From the NCBI GenBank assembly GCA_965208575.1, contig CBDBOV010000006.1:96001-160000 (forward strand): a DNA stretch of 64,000 bases, written 5' to 3'. Below, piece after piece: positions 19,458 through 29,030 of the stretch. Origin of the DNA: Spirochaetia bacterium (lineage in GTDB: Bacteria; Spirochaetota; Spirochaetia; SZUA-6; Bin103). Made by a program: the position numbers and the translations under genes. A model generated the notes under the pieces. It saw nothing but the letters and a program-made list of their open reading frames with translations. It had not been told where the DNA came from and ran no database searches. Each line of letters opens with the position of its first letter. Position 1 is the first letter of the stretch.

Positions 19458-20440
19458 AATTTACTCCGGAGACCAACATAGCACGAAGAATCGTCGACAA
19501 ATACTCTCTTTCTCCTCCGGTCGACATCAAGTCCATGGTTGAGTCGCATGCGCGACTTACCTTTGTGCCAATACCGTTTGACGGTATAGACGGCATTTCC
19601 CTGAACTTGAAGACTATAGGAAGGTCAACGCATGTCATTGTGAATAGCATGATCGCTTCTGCAAGGCAACGATTCACGATGGCTCATGAGCTAGGTCATA
19701 TACTGATTCCGTGGCATGTGGGATCAGTCTTGATTGACCAAGTTGCTCCTGAATCTCCTCAGAGGTCAAGCTACTTTACTCCCGACAGTTGGACCATGGA
19801 GACTGAGGCGAATGCATTTGCCGCGGAATTGTTAATGCCATACTCGTGGATAAACAGACAGCTCTCAACCACGGGTGACCTCTCAAGGATCCACCGAGAC
19901 ATATCAGTATCCTGCAGAACGTCGGCACTATCGGCAGCCATTCGACTATCGCAATTCCTTCCCAAGAGAATCGTCTATGCAGCCGAGCGTGATGGACTAG
20001 TTGAGTTCTCGGGTACGACTGAGGGCACGATTGCAAGTCCACTCGGAAAGGGTTCTGCATTCCCTATGAATCCATTTGCCTATAGCGATCAACATTATGT
20101 GTCATCGATGCATCAACGACGACTTCATTGGTGGAGATTGCCGGAACACATCCATATAGATGTTTCCGATGATCGAACTTGGAGAAATATCCTCGATCAC
20201 ATTCTTCAAGACATCGGTCTCGGTACGCAAGAGATCGCGAGGATGAAGATGTCAATCAGTGGTGTTGTAGGATCCGCAAACAATCGGTGCAAAAACAAGC
20301 ACTGTGTGAGCGAAATAGTCTCTTCCTGCGTGCAAAGACTAAGTGACCGTAACCGCTATCGAGACCTAGTCGGACACAGAGATTTCTATGCGTTTATCCA
20401 AAAACGAGCCATGGATATTGCAAACAGAAATGAGGCTTGA
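19448..20440 (+). CDS. ImmA/IrrE-family (Peptidase M78) zinc metallopeptidase, no N-terminal HTH
   Basis: RQRFTMAHELGH (HExxH) and ETEANAFAAELLMP. Confidence 0.92.
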   Translation: MGIEFTPETNIARRIVDKYSLSPPVDIKSMVESHARLTFVPIPFDGIDGISLNLKTIGRSTHVIVNSMIASARQRFTMAHELGHILIPWHVGSVLIDQVAPESPQRSSYFTPDSWTMETEANAFAAELLMPYSWINRQLSTTGDLSRIHRDISVSCRTSALSAAIRLSQFLPKRIVYAAERDGLVEFSGTTEGTIASPLGKGSAFPMNPFAYSDQHYVSSMHQRRLHWWRLPEHIHIDVSDDRTWRNILDHILQDIGLGTQEIARMKMSISGVVGSANNRCKNKHCVSEIVSSCVQRLSDRNRYRDLVGHRDFYAFIQKRAMDIANRNEA

Positions 20441-20509
20441 AGTCCATGTGAGTTGGTCGGATGACCAGCGCGCCGCCTGGTCATCGACAACAGCCAGGGA
20501 GTCTTCCTA

Positions 20510-20865
20510 ATGCGCGAGCCGGTTCTGCTTTTCGATCTTGGCAATACCCTGGTCGAGACTTTCGGCCGGGGGGTCCATGCCAGTCCTGCAGGAGTCGATC
20601 CGCTTGGCCGGGGAGGCGCTCGGCGCGGCCGGCCACCTGGTTTCCTCCCGGCGCCGAAGTGGAGCGCCGGGTGGCGGAGGAAACTCGCACCGCGCACAAC
20701 TATCGGGTGCGCCCGCTGCACCGGCGCCTGGTGCGCATCTTTCGCGTGCACGGCGGTGCCTACAGTGACACCATGCGCGCCATGAGCCGCGCGTTCATGG
20801 GACCCATCTTTGCCACGGCGCGCCGCTACGACGATACGCTCGACGCGCTGCCCTCATGGCGTCGG
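20510..20865 (+). pseudogene. Diverged frameshifted copy of the 5' part of the HAD gene (about 24028-24384)
   Basis: ATGCGCGAGCCGGTTCTGCT vs ATGCGCGAACCGGTTCTGCT; 1-nt deletion and 1-nt insertion. Confidence 0.9.
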
Positions 20866-21078
20866 GTGGGCCGCTTCGACCCGAAACTGGAGCGCGCCAC
20901 CGGCCTGCTGCGGCTCAAGAAGCTCTACCTGGAGCCGGGGGTCAGGCCGAGCGCCCGGCTGGCCACCTCGGTGGCGCGCGCCATGCGCGACTTCATGCGT
21001 TTCCACGCCGCCGGCGACCTCGCCGTCGAGCACAGCGAACCCTCCGACTTCGGCGCCCGGCTTACGGCGGCCCTGTAG
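20866..21078 (+). pseudogene. Diverged copy of the ycaQ 3' end (18272-18484) with alternative C-terminus
   Basis: VGRFDPKLERATG...VEH, then SEPSDFGARLTAAL* vs CDPPCFRAKLTSAL*; same length. Confidence 0.92.
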
Positions 21079-21104
21079 CTCCCGCGGCGCGCAGCCCCGA
21101 CCCT

Positions 21105-22112
21105 CTACGAGCGCGCGTCGCCGTCCCTTTCCGTCGGCGGTGCTCCGTAGTAGGTCTCGATCACCTCCTCGATGTCCGGGGCGACGATGCTGAAGTCATT
21201 GATCCGCATGAGGCGCGAAAGCCGCGAGATGAGCTCCACCGAGTCGTGCCGATGGTGGTCGAACTCGAGACAGATCCTGCTGTCTTCCGCCGACCGCAGC
21301 CGGCAGCCCGGTATGTCGATGGCGGGAACGGCGTCGTCGGTCAGCACGTACACCAGCTTGTAGGGAGCGAGCTTGCGGGTGATGTTCGCGAGCCGGTCGT
21401 CCTCCACGATGCGGCCGTGGTTGATGACGATGATGCGCTCGCACAGCTTCTCGATGTCGGACAGGTCGTGGGTGGTCAGGACGACGGTCGTGTGGTAGGC
21501 GCGGTTCATCTCCCGGATGAAGGTCTGAATCTTCTTCTTGCCGACGATGTCGAGACCGATGGTCGGTTCGTCCAGGAACAGCAGCTTGGGGGCGTGCAGG
21601 AACGCGCCCACCAGGTTGCCGCGCATGCTCTGGCCGAGCGAAAGCTGGCGCACCGGCTGGTCGACAATCTCGTCGATGTCGAGCAACTCGGCGAAGATGC
21701 CCATGCGCTCGGTGTAGTCGGCGTCGCTGATGTCGTACATGCGCTTGAGCAACTCGAACGTCTCTCCTAGCCGGATGTCCCAGTACAGTTGGCTGCGCTG
21801 CCCGAAAACAACCCCGATGTCCTCCGCCAGCTCGCGCCGCTTCCTCGGCAGCTCCAGGCCGTTCACCGCGACGGTGCCCGCCGACGGATGCAGGATGCCG
21901 CACAGCATCTTGATGGTGGTGCTCTTGCCGGAGCCGTTCGGACCGATGTAGCCGATGATCTCGCCCTGCTCGACGCTGAACGATACGTCCTTGACCGCCT
22001 CGATGGAGCGAATGTCAGGGAACAGCATCCCCTTCACCGCGCCGGCCAGGCCCTTCTTCTTCTGATTGACCTTGAAGGTCTTGGAGATGCGCCTGGTCTC
22101 AATGATGCTCAT
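21105..22112 (-). CDS. ABC-2 type exporter ATP-binding protein
   Basis: GPNGSGKST, LSLGQ, LFLDEPTIGLD. Confidence 0.93.
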   Translation of the reverse strand: MSIIETRRISKTFKVNQKKKGLAGAVKGMLFPDIRSIEAVKDVSFSVEQGEIIGYIGPNGSGKSTTIKMLCGILHPSAGTVAVNGLELPRKRRELAEDIGVVFGQRSQLYWDIRLGETFELLKRMYDISDADYTERMGIFAELLDIDEIVDQPVRQLSLGQSMRGNLVGAFLHAPKLLFLDEPTIGLDIVGKKKIQTFIREMNRAYHTTVVLTTHDLSDIEKLCERIIVINHGRIVEDDRLANITRKLAPYKLVYVLTDDAVPAIDIPGCRLRSAEDSRICLEFDHHRHDSVELISRLSRLMRINDFSIVAPDIEEVIETYYGAPPTERDGDARS

Positions 22113-22125
22113 CTTGGCTGATCCT

Positions 22126-22941
22126 TTAGTGTCCGGCGCTCTCGTAGTACCTGAGCCCGAGACGGAAGAACAGGTAGGACCCCACGGTAAGTACCACGGC
22201 CATGACCGCCATGGCGACGAACACCCCGGCGCCGGCCACCAGGCCGTCCTCGATACCCAGCACCGCCGACGCCGGGTAGAAGGCGACGAAGCCGGTTGGT
22301 ATCAGGAACGTGAGGATGAACTGCATCAGCCACGGGTAGACGGTCAGCGGGTAGCGCCCGATGTCGTTCATCAGCGACGCCGAGAACTCCTTGAGGGACT
22401 CGCGGTTGCGCCACCAGAAGCAGGTCGTCGAGCCGACCAGGTAGAGCGCGCCGCGGATGATGCTGCACAGCAACAGGAGCAGCACCAGGCCGGTCACGTT
22501 GCCGGCCGTGGCAGTGAAGCCCATCTCGGCCAGGCTGTAGACAATCATCACCAGCGCCAGGATCGGGTTGGCCAGGTCCATGTAGTTGACCCCACGCGAG
22601 ACGTGCAGCCACAGCGTGTCCAGGGGGCGTACCAGCAGCAGGTCGAAATCGCCGCGCAAGATAACGCGGCCCATGTACCAGATCGGTTGCGCCACCACCA
22701 GCACGATGCCGTGGGTCATGAGATTGAAGCTGTACAGGAACGACACCCCGGCGACGTCCCAGTCGCCGATCGCCTGAAATTCCGTGAACATCACCCGGAT
22801 CACGAAGAAGCCGGTTACGGCGGTGGTCAGATTCATCAGGAAGATGTTCTGCAGGTAGACCGGGTACTCGATGAGGCGGATCAACGACAGCTTGGTATAG
22901 AACAGGCTGACGCGGAGGTGCCGGGCGAGGGTGCTCATCAT
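22126..22941 (-). CDS. ABC-2 family permease (DUF990-like)
   Basis: GDFDLLLVRPL, YPLTVYP, YYESAG; ATGA coupling. Confidence 0.88.
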   Translation of the reverse strand: MMSTLARHLRVSLFYTKLSLIRLIEYPVYLQNIFLMNLTTAVTGFFVIRVMFTEFQAIGDWDVAGVSFLYSFNLMTHGIVLVVAQPIWYMGRVILRGDFDLLLVRPLDTLWLHVSRGVNYMDLANPILALVMIVYSLAEMGFTATAGNVTGLVLLLLLCSIIRGALYLVGSTTCFWWRNRESLKEFSASLMNDIGRYPLTVYPWLMQFILTFLIPTGFVAFYPASAVLGIEDGLVAGAGVFVAMAVMAVVLTVGSYLFFRLGLRYYESAGH

Positions 22942-23777
22942 CCCCCCTGCACCACGATCTTCTTCTTGACCAGGTTCCACATCATGGCGGCACAGAGCAC
23001 GCCCACGGCAATCCACAGGAGCTGGGTCGCGAGCCCTTCGAAAATCTCTGCGCGCGAGAACTTGCCGATGTAGATGCCGAGCGGGAACTGGTAGATATAG
23101 ATGAACGGCAGGAACGACGAGATGCGCTGGAACCACTCCGGAAAGAACCAGATCGGCACCACGCTGCCGGACAGGAACACGACCGTCGCGCGCACGACCA
23201 GGCCGAAGTTGCCGAAGTCCATGTACCAGATCGAGGTGAGTCCGACCATGTAGCTGATCGAGGTCATCAGCACGTAGCTGAAACCGAGACTGACCAGGAA
23301 CCACAGGAACAGCGGCCCGCTCGCCGGCAGCGGGACGGCAATCAGCAGCGACGCAACCACGACCAGCGGCACGCCCCGAATGAGCAGCCGGCTCACCGCG
23401 GCGCCCAGGTCGTCGGCCACCCACGCCGCCCAGAGGTGCATCGGGCGGATCAGGTCGATGCTGATGCTGCCGTTGTAGATGCGCTCGTTGATCTGCTCGG
23501 GCAGGTCGGAAAACAGCAGTTGATTCATCGTCTGGGCGGCGATCAGGTACACCAGCATCTGGCCCAGGGTTACGGCGCGCGCGGTCTCCTGGTCGCCGTA
23601 CAGGGCCTTCCACAGGAACGACATGCCGACCACCACGACGAAGCTGGTCAGAACGAGGAACGCCACCTCCGTTCGATACTCGAGGCTCGACAGGAATCGC
23701 GTCTTGACTATGTGCCCGTAGAGCCGCGGCCGCATCGCGGGAATGTAGCGAGACTCGTCCACGCCGGCAACCGACAT
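22938..23777 (-). CDS. ABC-2 family permease
   Basis: GSISIDLIRP, LSGSVVPIWFFP, IVVQGG; start uncertain. Confidence 0.88.
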   Translation of the reverse strand: MSVAGVDESRYIPAMRPRLYGHIVKTRFLSSLEYRTEVAFLVLTSFVVVVGMSFLWKALYGDQETARAVTLGQMLVYLIAAQTMNQLLFSDLPEQINERIYNGSISIDLIRPMHLWAAWVADDLGAAVSRLLIRGVPLVVVASLLIAVPLPASGPLFLWFLVSLGFSYVLMTSISYMVGLTSIWYMDFGNFGLVVRATVVFLSGSVVPIWFFPEWFQRISSFLPFIYIYQFPLGIYIGKFSRAEIFEGLATQLLWIAVGVLCAAMMWNLVKKKIVVQGG

Positions 23778-23929
23778 CGGCCGCCGCGGGCCGCCGCGGC
23801 TGCCGCGTTCCTGCACGGTCCGGCGCGGCCAGGGCAATCACGCCGGCCGATGGCGCGCAGCAGCGCCGGTGGTGGGGCTTGGGGTGCTTCGGTGGTTCGG
23901 TGACGGCGCCGCGCGTTATCCGGGAGCCG

Positions 23930-24000
23930 CCGATGCTGTTCCTGACCATCACCGTCTACAGCCTGAACGTGCTTCGGTCGGATGCGTTGCTCGATCTCGG
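23930..24000 (+). pseudogene. Relic of a DppC-type permease 3' end
   Basis: LTITVYSLNVLRSDALLDL resembles LTITVWSLNMFGDAVRDL of 48008-48940. Confidence 0.45.
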
Positions 24001-24027
24001 CAACTTCGCGTACAGTCGGGCACTCCG

Positions 24028-24855
24028 ATGCGCGAACCGGTTCTGCTGTTCGATCTTGGCAATACCCTGGTCGAGTACTTTCGGCCCGGCGGGTTCACGC
24101 CGGTCCTGCGGGAATCGATCCGCCTGGCCGGGAAAGCGCTGGCCGAGGCCGGCCACCCGGTTCCTCCCGGCGCCGAAGTGGAGCGCCGGGTGGCGGAGGA
24201 GGATCACACCGCGCGCAACTACCGGGTGCGCCCGCTGCACCGGCGCCTGGCGCGCATCTTTCGGCTGCACGGCGGGGCCGACAGTGACATCATGCGCGCC
24301 ATGAGCCGCGCGTTCATGGAACCCATCTTTGCCACCGCGCGCTGCTACGACGATACGCTCGATGCGCTGTCCTCGTGGCGGCGGCGCGGCTACCGGATCG
24401 GCATCCTGTCCAACGCGCCGTGGGGCACGCCGCCGTGGGCGTGGCACGAGGAGCTGGCGCGGCACGGACTGGCCGAGCGCTGCGACCTGGCCCTGTTCTG
24501 CGGCGAGGTGGGGTGGCGCAAGCCCGCCCTCCCGCTGTTCCGCGCGGCACTGAACCACTTCGCCTGCCGCCCCGAGGACTGCGTGTTCGTCGGCGACGAC
24601 CCGCGCTGGGACGTGTACGGCGCGCGGCGGGCGGGCATCACGCCGCTGCTGATCGACCGCACCGGTGCCGGTGCACATGGCGCGCAGCCGGACTTGCGTT
24701 CGCTCGCCGACCTGGAACCGGTGCTGGCGCGCTGGGACGGCGCCGGCGGACGCTCCACCGGAGCCGGGCCGGCGGCCGGTACCGAGGCGACCGGCGGCGG
24801 CGGACGCGGTACCGGAACCGGGGCGGCGGGCGCCGCCGGCGCGGGTGGTGCCTGA
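24028..24855 (+). CDS. HAD-superfamily hydrolase
   Basis: LLFDLGNTL, ILSN, WRKP, FVGDD; Gly/Ala-rich tail. Confidence 0.9.
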   Translation: MREPVLLFDLGNTLVEYFRPGGFTPVLRESIRLAGKALAEAGHPVPPGAEVERRVAEEDHTARNYRVRPLHRRLARIFRLHGGADSDIMRAMSRAFMEPIFATARCYDDTLDALSSWRRRGYRIGILSNAPWGTPPWAWHEELARHGLAERCDLALFCGEVGWRKPALPLFRAALNHFACRPEDCVFVGDDPRWDVYGARRAGITPLLIDRTGAGAHGAQPDLRSLADLEPVLARWDGAGGRSTGAGPAAGTEATGGGGRGTGTGAAGAAGAGGA

Positions 24856-24922
24856 ACCGGTGCCGGCGCCGTCTCCGGCGAAGGCGCCGCGACCGCGGGA
24901 CGCGGCTGAACCGGCGCGGGCC

Positions 24923-26122
24923 ATGGCCTCCAACCGCAGCACGGAGAACGGCGCACTGCGCGCGGGAGTCCGCACGGAAGCCCGCACGGGAGTCCGTACG
25001 GACTCCCGCACGGATCTCCGCACGCACCTGCGCACGGAGCTGATCGACCTGACCCGCGCGCTGGTGCACGTGCCGAGCTCGGCGGCGCATCCGTCGGCGA
25101 TCGAGCGCGGCCTGGAGTTGCTGCGCGGCCGCCTGCGGCCGCTGGCCGGCGTGCGCATCGACGAGCATCTGTGCGAAGGCGTGCCGTCGCTGGTGGTGCT
25201 GCCGGCGGCGGTCGAGACGCCGTCGATCCTGCTGGTGGGGCACGTCGACGTGGTCGACCACGGCTCGCGGCGCCATTACCGGGCGCGGGTGCGCGACGGG
25301 CGCATCTACGGCCCGGGCGCCGGCGACATGAAAGGGTCGTTGGCGATCATGGTGTCGCTGTTCGGGGAGCTGGTAAGCCGCCATCCGGAGGTGCCGCTCG
25401 GCCTGGCGGTCACCGCCGACGAGGAGCGCGGCAGCCAGCACGGCACCCGCTACCTCCTGGACCAGGGACTGTCCTGCGACCTGGCGATCCTGCCCGACGG
25501 CGGCTCGATCGACACCGTGGTGGTGGCGGAGAAGGGCCTCTTGCACGTGGAGGTGGTGTGGCGCGGCGCCTCCACCCACGGCGCCTACCCGTGGACCGGC
25601 AACAACCCGGTGGACGGCATGCTGCACGACTTGGCCAGGATGCGCGAGCGGTTCGCCGCGCTCGCCACCGACCGGCCCGACCACTGGCACCCCACCTCTA
25701 CCGTCACCACGCTGGAGTCGGAGAGCAAGTCGGTCAACCGCGTACCCGAGTTCGCGCGCGCCGGCGTCGACGTACGCTTCACGCCGCCGTGGACGGTGGC
25801 GACCATGCTGCGCGAAGTGCAGGCCTGCCTCAGCCCGGGCGCGGAGCTGTCGCTGCCCAACGTGACCGAGTGCACCCGCATGACCGTGGACGCCGACTTC
25901 CGCGCCATCACCGAGCAGGTGCTCGGCACTCCGCTGCAGGAAATGCGCACCGCCGGAGCCAGCGATGCGCGCTTTTTCTCCGCGCAAGGCATCCCGGCCA
26001 TCCTCAGCCGGCCGGTGGTGGGCAACGTGCACCGCGTCGACGAGTGGATCGACATCGGCTCGATGCTGCAGTACTACCGTATCCTGCACACCTTCATCTC
26101 CCGGCGCCTGCACCTGTCCTGA
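24923..26122 (+). CDS. M20/M25/M40 metallopeptidase (ArgE/DapE-like)
   Basis: GHVDVV, GPGAGDMKG, DEE, SDARF; start uncertain. Confidence 0.88.
   Translation: MASNRSTENGALRAGVRTEARTGVRTDSRTDLRTHLRTELIDLTRALVHVPSSAAHPSAIERGLELLRGRLRPLAGVRIDEHLCEGVPSLVVLPAAVETPSILLVGHVDVVDHGSRRHYRARVRDGRIYGPGAGDMKGSLAIMVSLFGELVSRHPEVPLGLAVTADEERGSQHGTRYLLDQGLSCDLAILPDGGSIDTVVVAEKGLLHVEVVWRGASTHGAYPWTGNNPVDGMLHDLARMRERFAALATDRPDHWHPTSTVTTLESESKSVNRVPEFARAGVDVRFTPPWTVATMLREVQACLSPGAELSLPNVTECTRMTVDADFRAITEQVLGTPLQEMRTAGASDARFFSAQGIPAILSRPVVGNVHRVDEWIDIGSMLQYYRILHTFISRRLHLS
24959..25042 (+). repeat. 12-bp degenerate tandem repeat (about 7 units) encoding R-T-x-x
   Basis: CGCACGGAAGCC / CGCACGGGAGTC / CGTACGGACTCC / CGCACGGATCTC / CGCACGCACCTG / CGCACGGAGCTG. 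Confidence 0.8.
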
Positions 26123-26415
26123 ACCGCCTCAACCGGGACACTTTCGCCGCACGCGGCAATGGCGATCACAGCGCGATCGGGGTCTCGCGTTCAGATAAAC
26201 ACCGCGGGCGATACCCCGAACCTCCGGCTGAGCGCCCTAACCTGCCGAATGTTCAATTGCCGGCGGCCGCGAAGCACCTCAGACACCACACCCTGACTGC
26301 CGATTTACGGCACGTTGGACTGCGTGAGCCCGTGCTCGCCCATCAGGTACTCAAGCACGGCAACGGGATTTCCGGATGGCTCGGGATCATGCTCGCGCTC
26401 GTAGCTGTCTACTAG

Positions 26416-28489
26416 CGTGAGTTTCCTAGTTATTTCGGGTGGCTGGTAGTTTGAGTGGATAAGTCATTTTAGGATAGCAAGTTACTCGCTATCCTGTCGG
26501 ACGGGGCTTGTATACACTGACCGTGGTGCTGTCAGGGATGGGCGTGTCGGTATACGTCAAGTAGGCGGCACAGTTTGTCTTGCAGGGACGACCGTTCAGA
26601 GAGCACGTATTGAGCCCGGTAGCGCCCTCTGGTGGCCGGCTCAGGCGCGGCGTAGAGGTTGACCACTTCGGTCACGCCGCTGAGTTCCGTCAGTAGTTGC
26701 TCGATGGTAAGGAGTTGTCCGCCGTCGGCCGCCTTGCGTTGCAGCAGCGAACTCAGCAGCAGTGCCAACACACAATAGAACACGTGTACGCGCAGCTTCT
26801 GATCGGTCCAGTGGAAGGTCGGCGAGAAGCTCACCCAGTGGGGATTCTTCATCTGCTTGAACGCCCGCTCCACGTGATGTTGAGCGCGGCTGGCCAAGAT
26901 GATCTCCTGGTCGCTCCACGACTCGTTGTCGGTGCACAGGATGCGTTTGCCCAAGCGCCGGCGTTGCAAGCGCTGGTACGCTGCCCAATCGGTGCGAAAT
27001 CGAAAACTGAGCACGCCGTCGGATTCGCTGATCTGAACCTTGAGAATCTGCTTTACGTACTGACCCGAGGTGATCGTGTCGAAATGCTTCTGCAAGGATG
27101 CTCTGCTGTAGCCTTTGCCCTTTGCTCCCGGTAGCTGGCTGCGCGCCAGCTTGCTGCGCAAGGCGCGCAACGCAGCGCGCTTCTTGCGCAACGCGTGGTT
27201 GATCCCAGCCAGCTGCCCGTCCAGCAACCGGCGACTGTTGGTGACCACCACGGTGCGGCGCTCACCCCAGATCACCTTGTCGCTGCGGTAAGCGGTCACC
27301 CCGGCCAGCCGTGGGTCAGTGAAGGAGTGAAACCTGCCGGCGGGAACCGCCAGCAGATCCTCGTGCTGAGTCACGGTCAAGGAGGTGACGAAATGGTATG
27401 GGCCGGCTTGCAGCGCCTCGATATTCGCTCTCGAGGTGTTGCCGCCATCGAACACCAGCGTGACATCTTCGCAGTCCTGGGCCAACTGCTTGCAGCGGCT
27501 GATCAGCGTCTCGATCAAGCTCGAGAACATCGCGGCGTCATTCTGATTTCCCGGATACGGGTGTGAGAGCAGCGGAATGTGGTAGTCGCAGCTTACCAGG
27601 AGTGCCAAGCCCAGGATCCGCAGATCGGCGCGTTTGCTTTTCGCGTGGCCACGTTGTGCCAGTGCACTGACGGTGCGACTGTCGATGAACGTATCGAAGT
27701 TGGTCGCATCGAAGATGAGCGGTCGCAGATCGATCCGGTAGTGGTCGATCACCCGCTGCGCCAGTTGTTGCTCAATCGCGCCGATGGCAGCGCTGTCGAG
27801 CATGTTCATGTGATCCCAGAATCGCTGACTGGCGAGCGAGCGCTGTGCAGCGGGGAGCAGCCGATTCAACACCGTGCGTCGATACCACTGGTACAGAGAA
27901 GCCTTGCTGGAGGCGGCCACACAACGGTTCAGCGCCGCCACCAGCAGATACTGTCCGCAGGACAGTCCTTGGTCTCGCTTGGGGACCTGGGTATCGATAA
28001 GGCCCACCACATCCAACTCTTGGGCGATCTGCCAGAGCGCGGCCAACGCACCGAACTGAATGACCTTCGCCTTTGCCGGTCGGGTGGGAGCCTCACGGAG
28101 GCGCTGGAGCAACTTCTCTGCGCTGCCGAGATGTTCGAGGACGATGGGACGTGGTTTGCCGTTGACGCGTCTGGACTCGACGATCTGCCAGTAGGTGTGC
28201 CCGCGGGAGACCTTTTTCTGGAGGGTGGCCACTGCAATCAGTGTATACACTTAGTACGGAGACAGTCAAGGAGAACCGGCATGAGTGGGTCGGAAGGATC
28301 GAAGAGGGGATACTTCGAGTAGTATTGAGGAAGCTGTCCGGCACGGCGCTCGATATATTCAGTGTATACACTGATCCTCTCAAGAGGAGAGTCCACTTCC
28401 GTGAACCTATCTTGTTTCATGGTAACAACTTATCTGGATGAACCAGAGAATCCCGCGGTCAAATCAACGGGATAAGTAGGAAGGTCAGG
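26416..28489 (-). mobile_element. IS1634-family element A, copy 1 (2074 bp)
   Basis: Imperfect terminal IRs CCTGACCTTCCTACTTATCCCG / CGTGAGTTTCCTAGTTATTTCG; CTAG at 26412-26415 and 28490-28493. Confidence 0.93.
26532..28232 (-). CDS. IS1634-family DDE transposase
   Basis: IFDATNF, RGHAKSKRADL, VFDGG, HHVERAFKQMK; likely start GTG (MATLQKK). Confidence 0.9.
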   Translation of the reverse strand: MATLQKKVSRGHTYWQIVESRRVNGKPRPIVLEHLGSAEKLLQRLREAPTRPAKAKVIQFGALAALWQIAQELDVVGLIDTQVPKRDQGLSCGQYLLVAALNRCVAASSKASLYQWYRRTVLNRLLPAAQRSLASQRFWDHMNMLDSAAIGAIEQQLAQRVIDHYRIDLRPLIFDATNFDTFIDSRTVSALAQRGHAKSKRADLRILGLALLVSCDYHIPLLSHPYPGNQNDAAMFSSLIETLISRCKQLAQDCEDVTLVFDGGNTSRANIEALQAGPYHFVTSLTVTQHEDLLAVPAGRFHSFTDPRLAGVTAYRSDKVIWGERRTVVVTNSRRLLDGQLAGINHALRKKRAALRALRSKLARSQLPGAKGKGYSRASLQKHFDTITSGQYVKQILKVQISESDGVLSFRFRTDWAAYQRLQRRRLGKRILCTDNESWSDQEIILASRAQHHVERAFKQMKNPHWVSFSPTFHWTDQKLRVHVFYCVLALLLSSLLQRKAADGGQLLTIEQLLTELSGVTEVVNLYAAPEPATRGRYRAQYVLSERSSLQDKLCRLLDVYRHAHP

Positions 28490-28675
28490 CTAGGCTGCCA
28501 AGCGTCTCCATCAGCGAAGCCCACAGGTGGTCCTCATTCTCGCCGAACTCGTCGGTGACGCTGTCCAGAAGCGAGCGAAGCTCACGGTACGCTTCCTCCG
28601 TATGCGGCACGGCGAGCGTCTCACCGATCTTCGGCCATGCCTCGGACAGGTTTTGGAGTTCGCGAATCATGCCTT

Positions 28676-28720
28676 CTACTCCTTCCAGGACCCTCTGTCA
28701 TACTCGGCGTGCGTCAGAGC
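28676..28720 (-). pseudogene. higB: 3' remnant of higB toxin
   Basis: LTHAEYDRGSWKE* ending 5 nt upstream of higA ATG. Confidence 0.7.
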
Positions 28721-28723
28721 TCC

Positions 28724-29030
28724 AACCTCGAACAGATCGCGGACGCGGCACGGGGGCTATGCGACACCTTCTGCTGGATCCGTACCACACCGTGCGATGA
28801 AGCGGTGCACAACACGTGCCCTGCGGATCTTCATCGGTTCGCGGCCGACTGCCGCGCCTACAACGCCATAGCCGATTCGGTTATGCGTCGGTGCGCGTTC
28901 CGAAACTCGATCTGTCCAGCTTCACGTGCACCATGGGGCCGGATCTGTACGCAGACCATGTGCACTTTCATCCCCACATTTAGGCATCTCAGGCGGCTCT
29001 CATCGCCGGGTGGTTTTGGGCTGCTACCCC
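28724..29030 (+). pseudogene. SGNH/GDSL hydrolase 3' fragment (frameshift and stop)
   Basis: NLEQI...WIRTTPCDEAVHN...YNAIADSVM, then shifted frame PKLDLSSFT...DLYADHVHF (DxxH); TAG at 28981. Confidence 0.7.

Larger units (their letters stand above)
26191..28670 (-). pseudogene. higA: HigA-type HTH antitoxin split by IS1634-A copy 1, also carrying a nonsense codon
   Basis: Rejoined at CTAG reads ...LMETLGSLVDSYERE...LEYLMGEHGLTQSNVP*IGSQGVVSEVLRGRRQLNIRQVRALSRRFGVSPAVFI*. Confidence 0.88.

Noticed and set aside
18272-21078. Diversity-generating retroelement TR/VR reading of the duplicated 3' ends
   Set aside because: Mismatches are not adenine-specific and are mostly synonymous; no reverse transcriptase in the window
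16082-23863. 19-bp and 13-bp exact matches between 16082-16116 and 23808-23863
   Set aside because: Order is permuted and sequence GC-rich; chance cannot be excluded
24959-25042. CRISPR-like array
   Set aside because: 12-bp coding tandem units without spacers; no cas genes
28238-28441. Small ORFs in the IS1634-A leader (60-96 aa)
   Set aside because: Recur only because the IS copies match; no RBS or domain support
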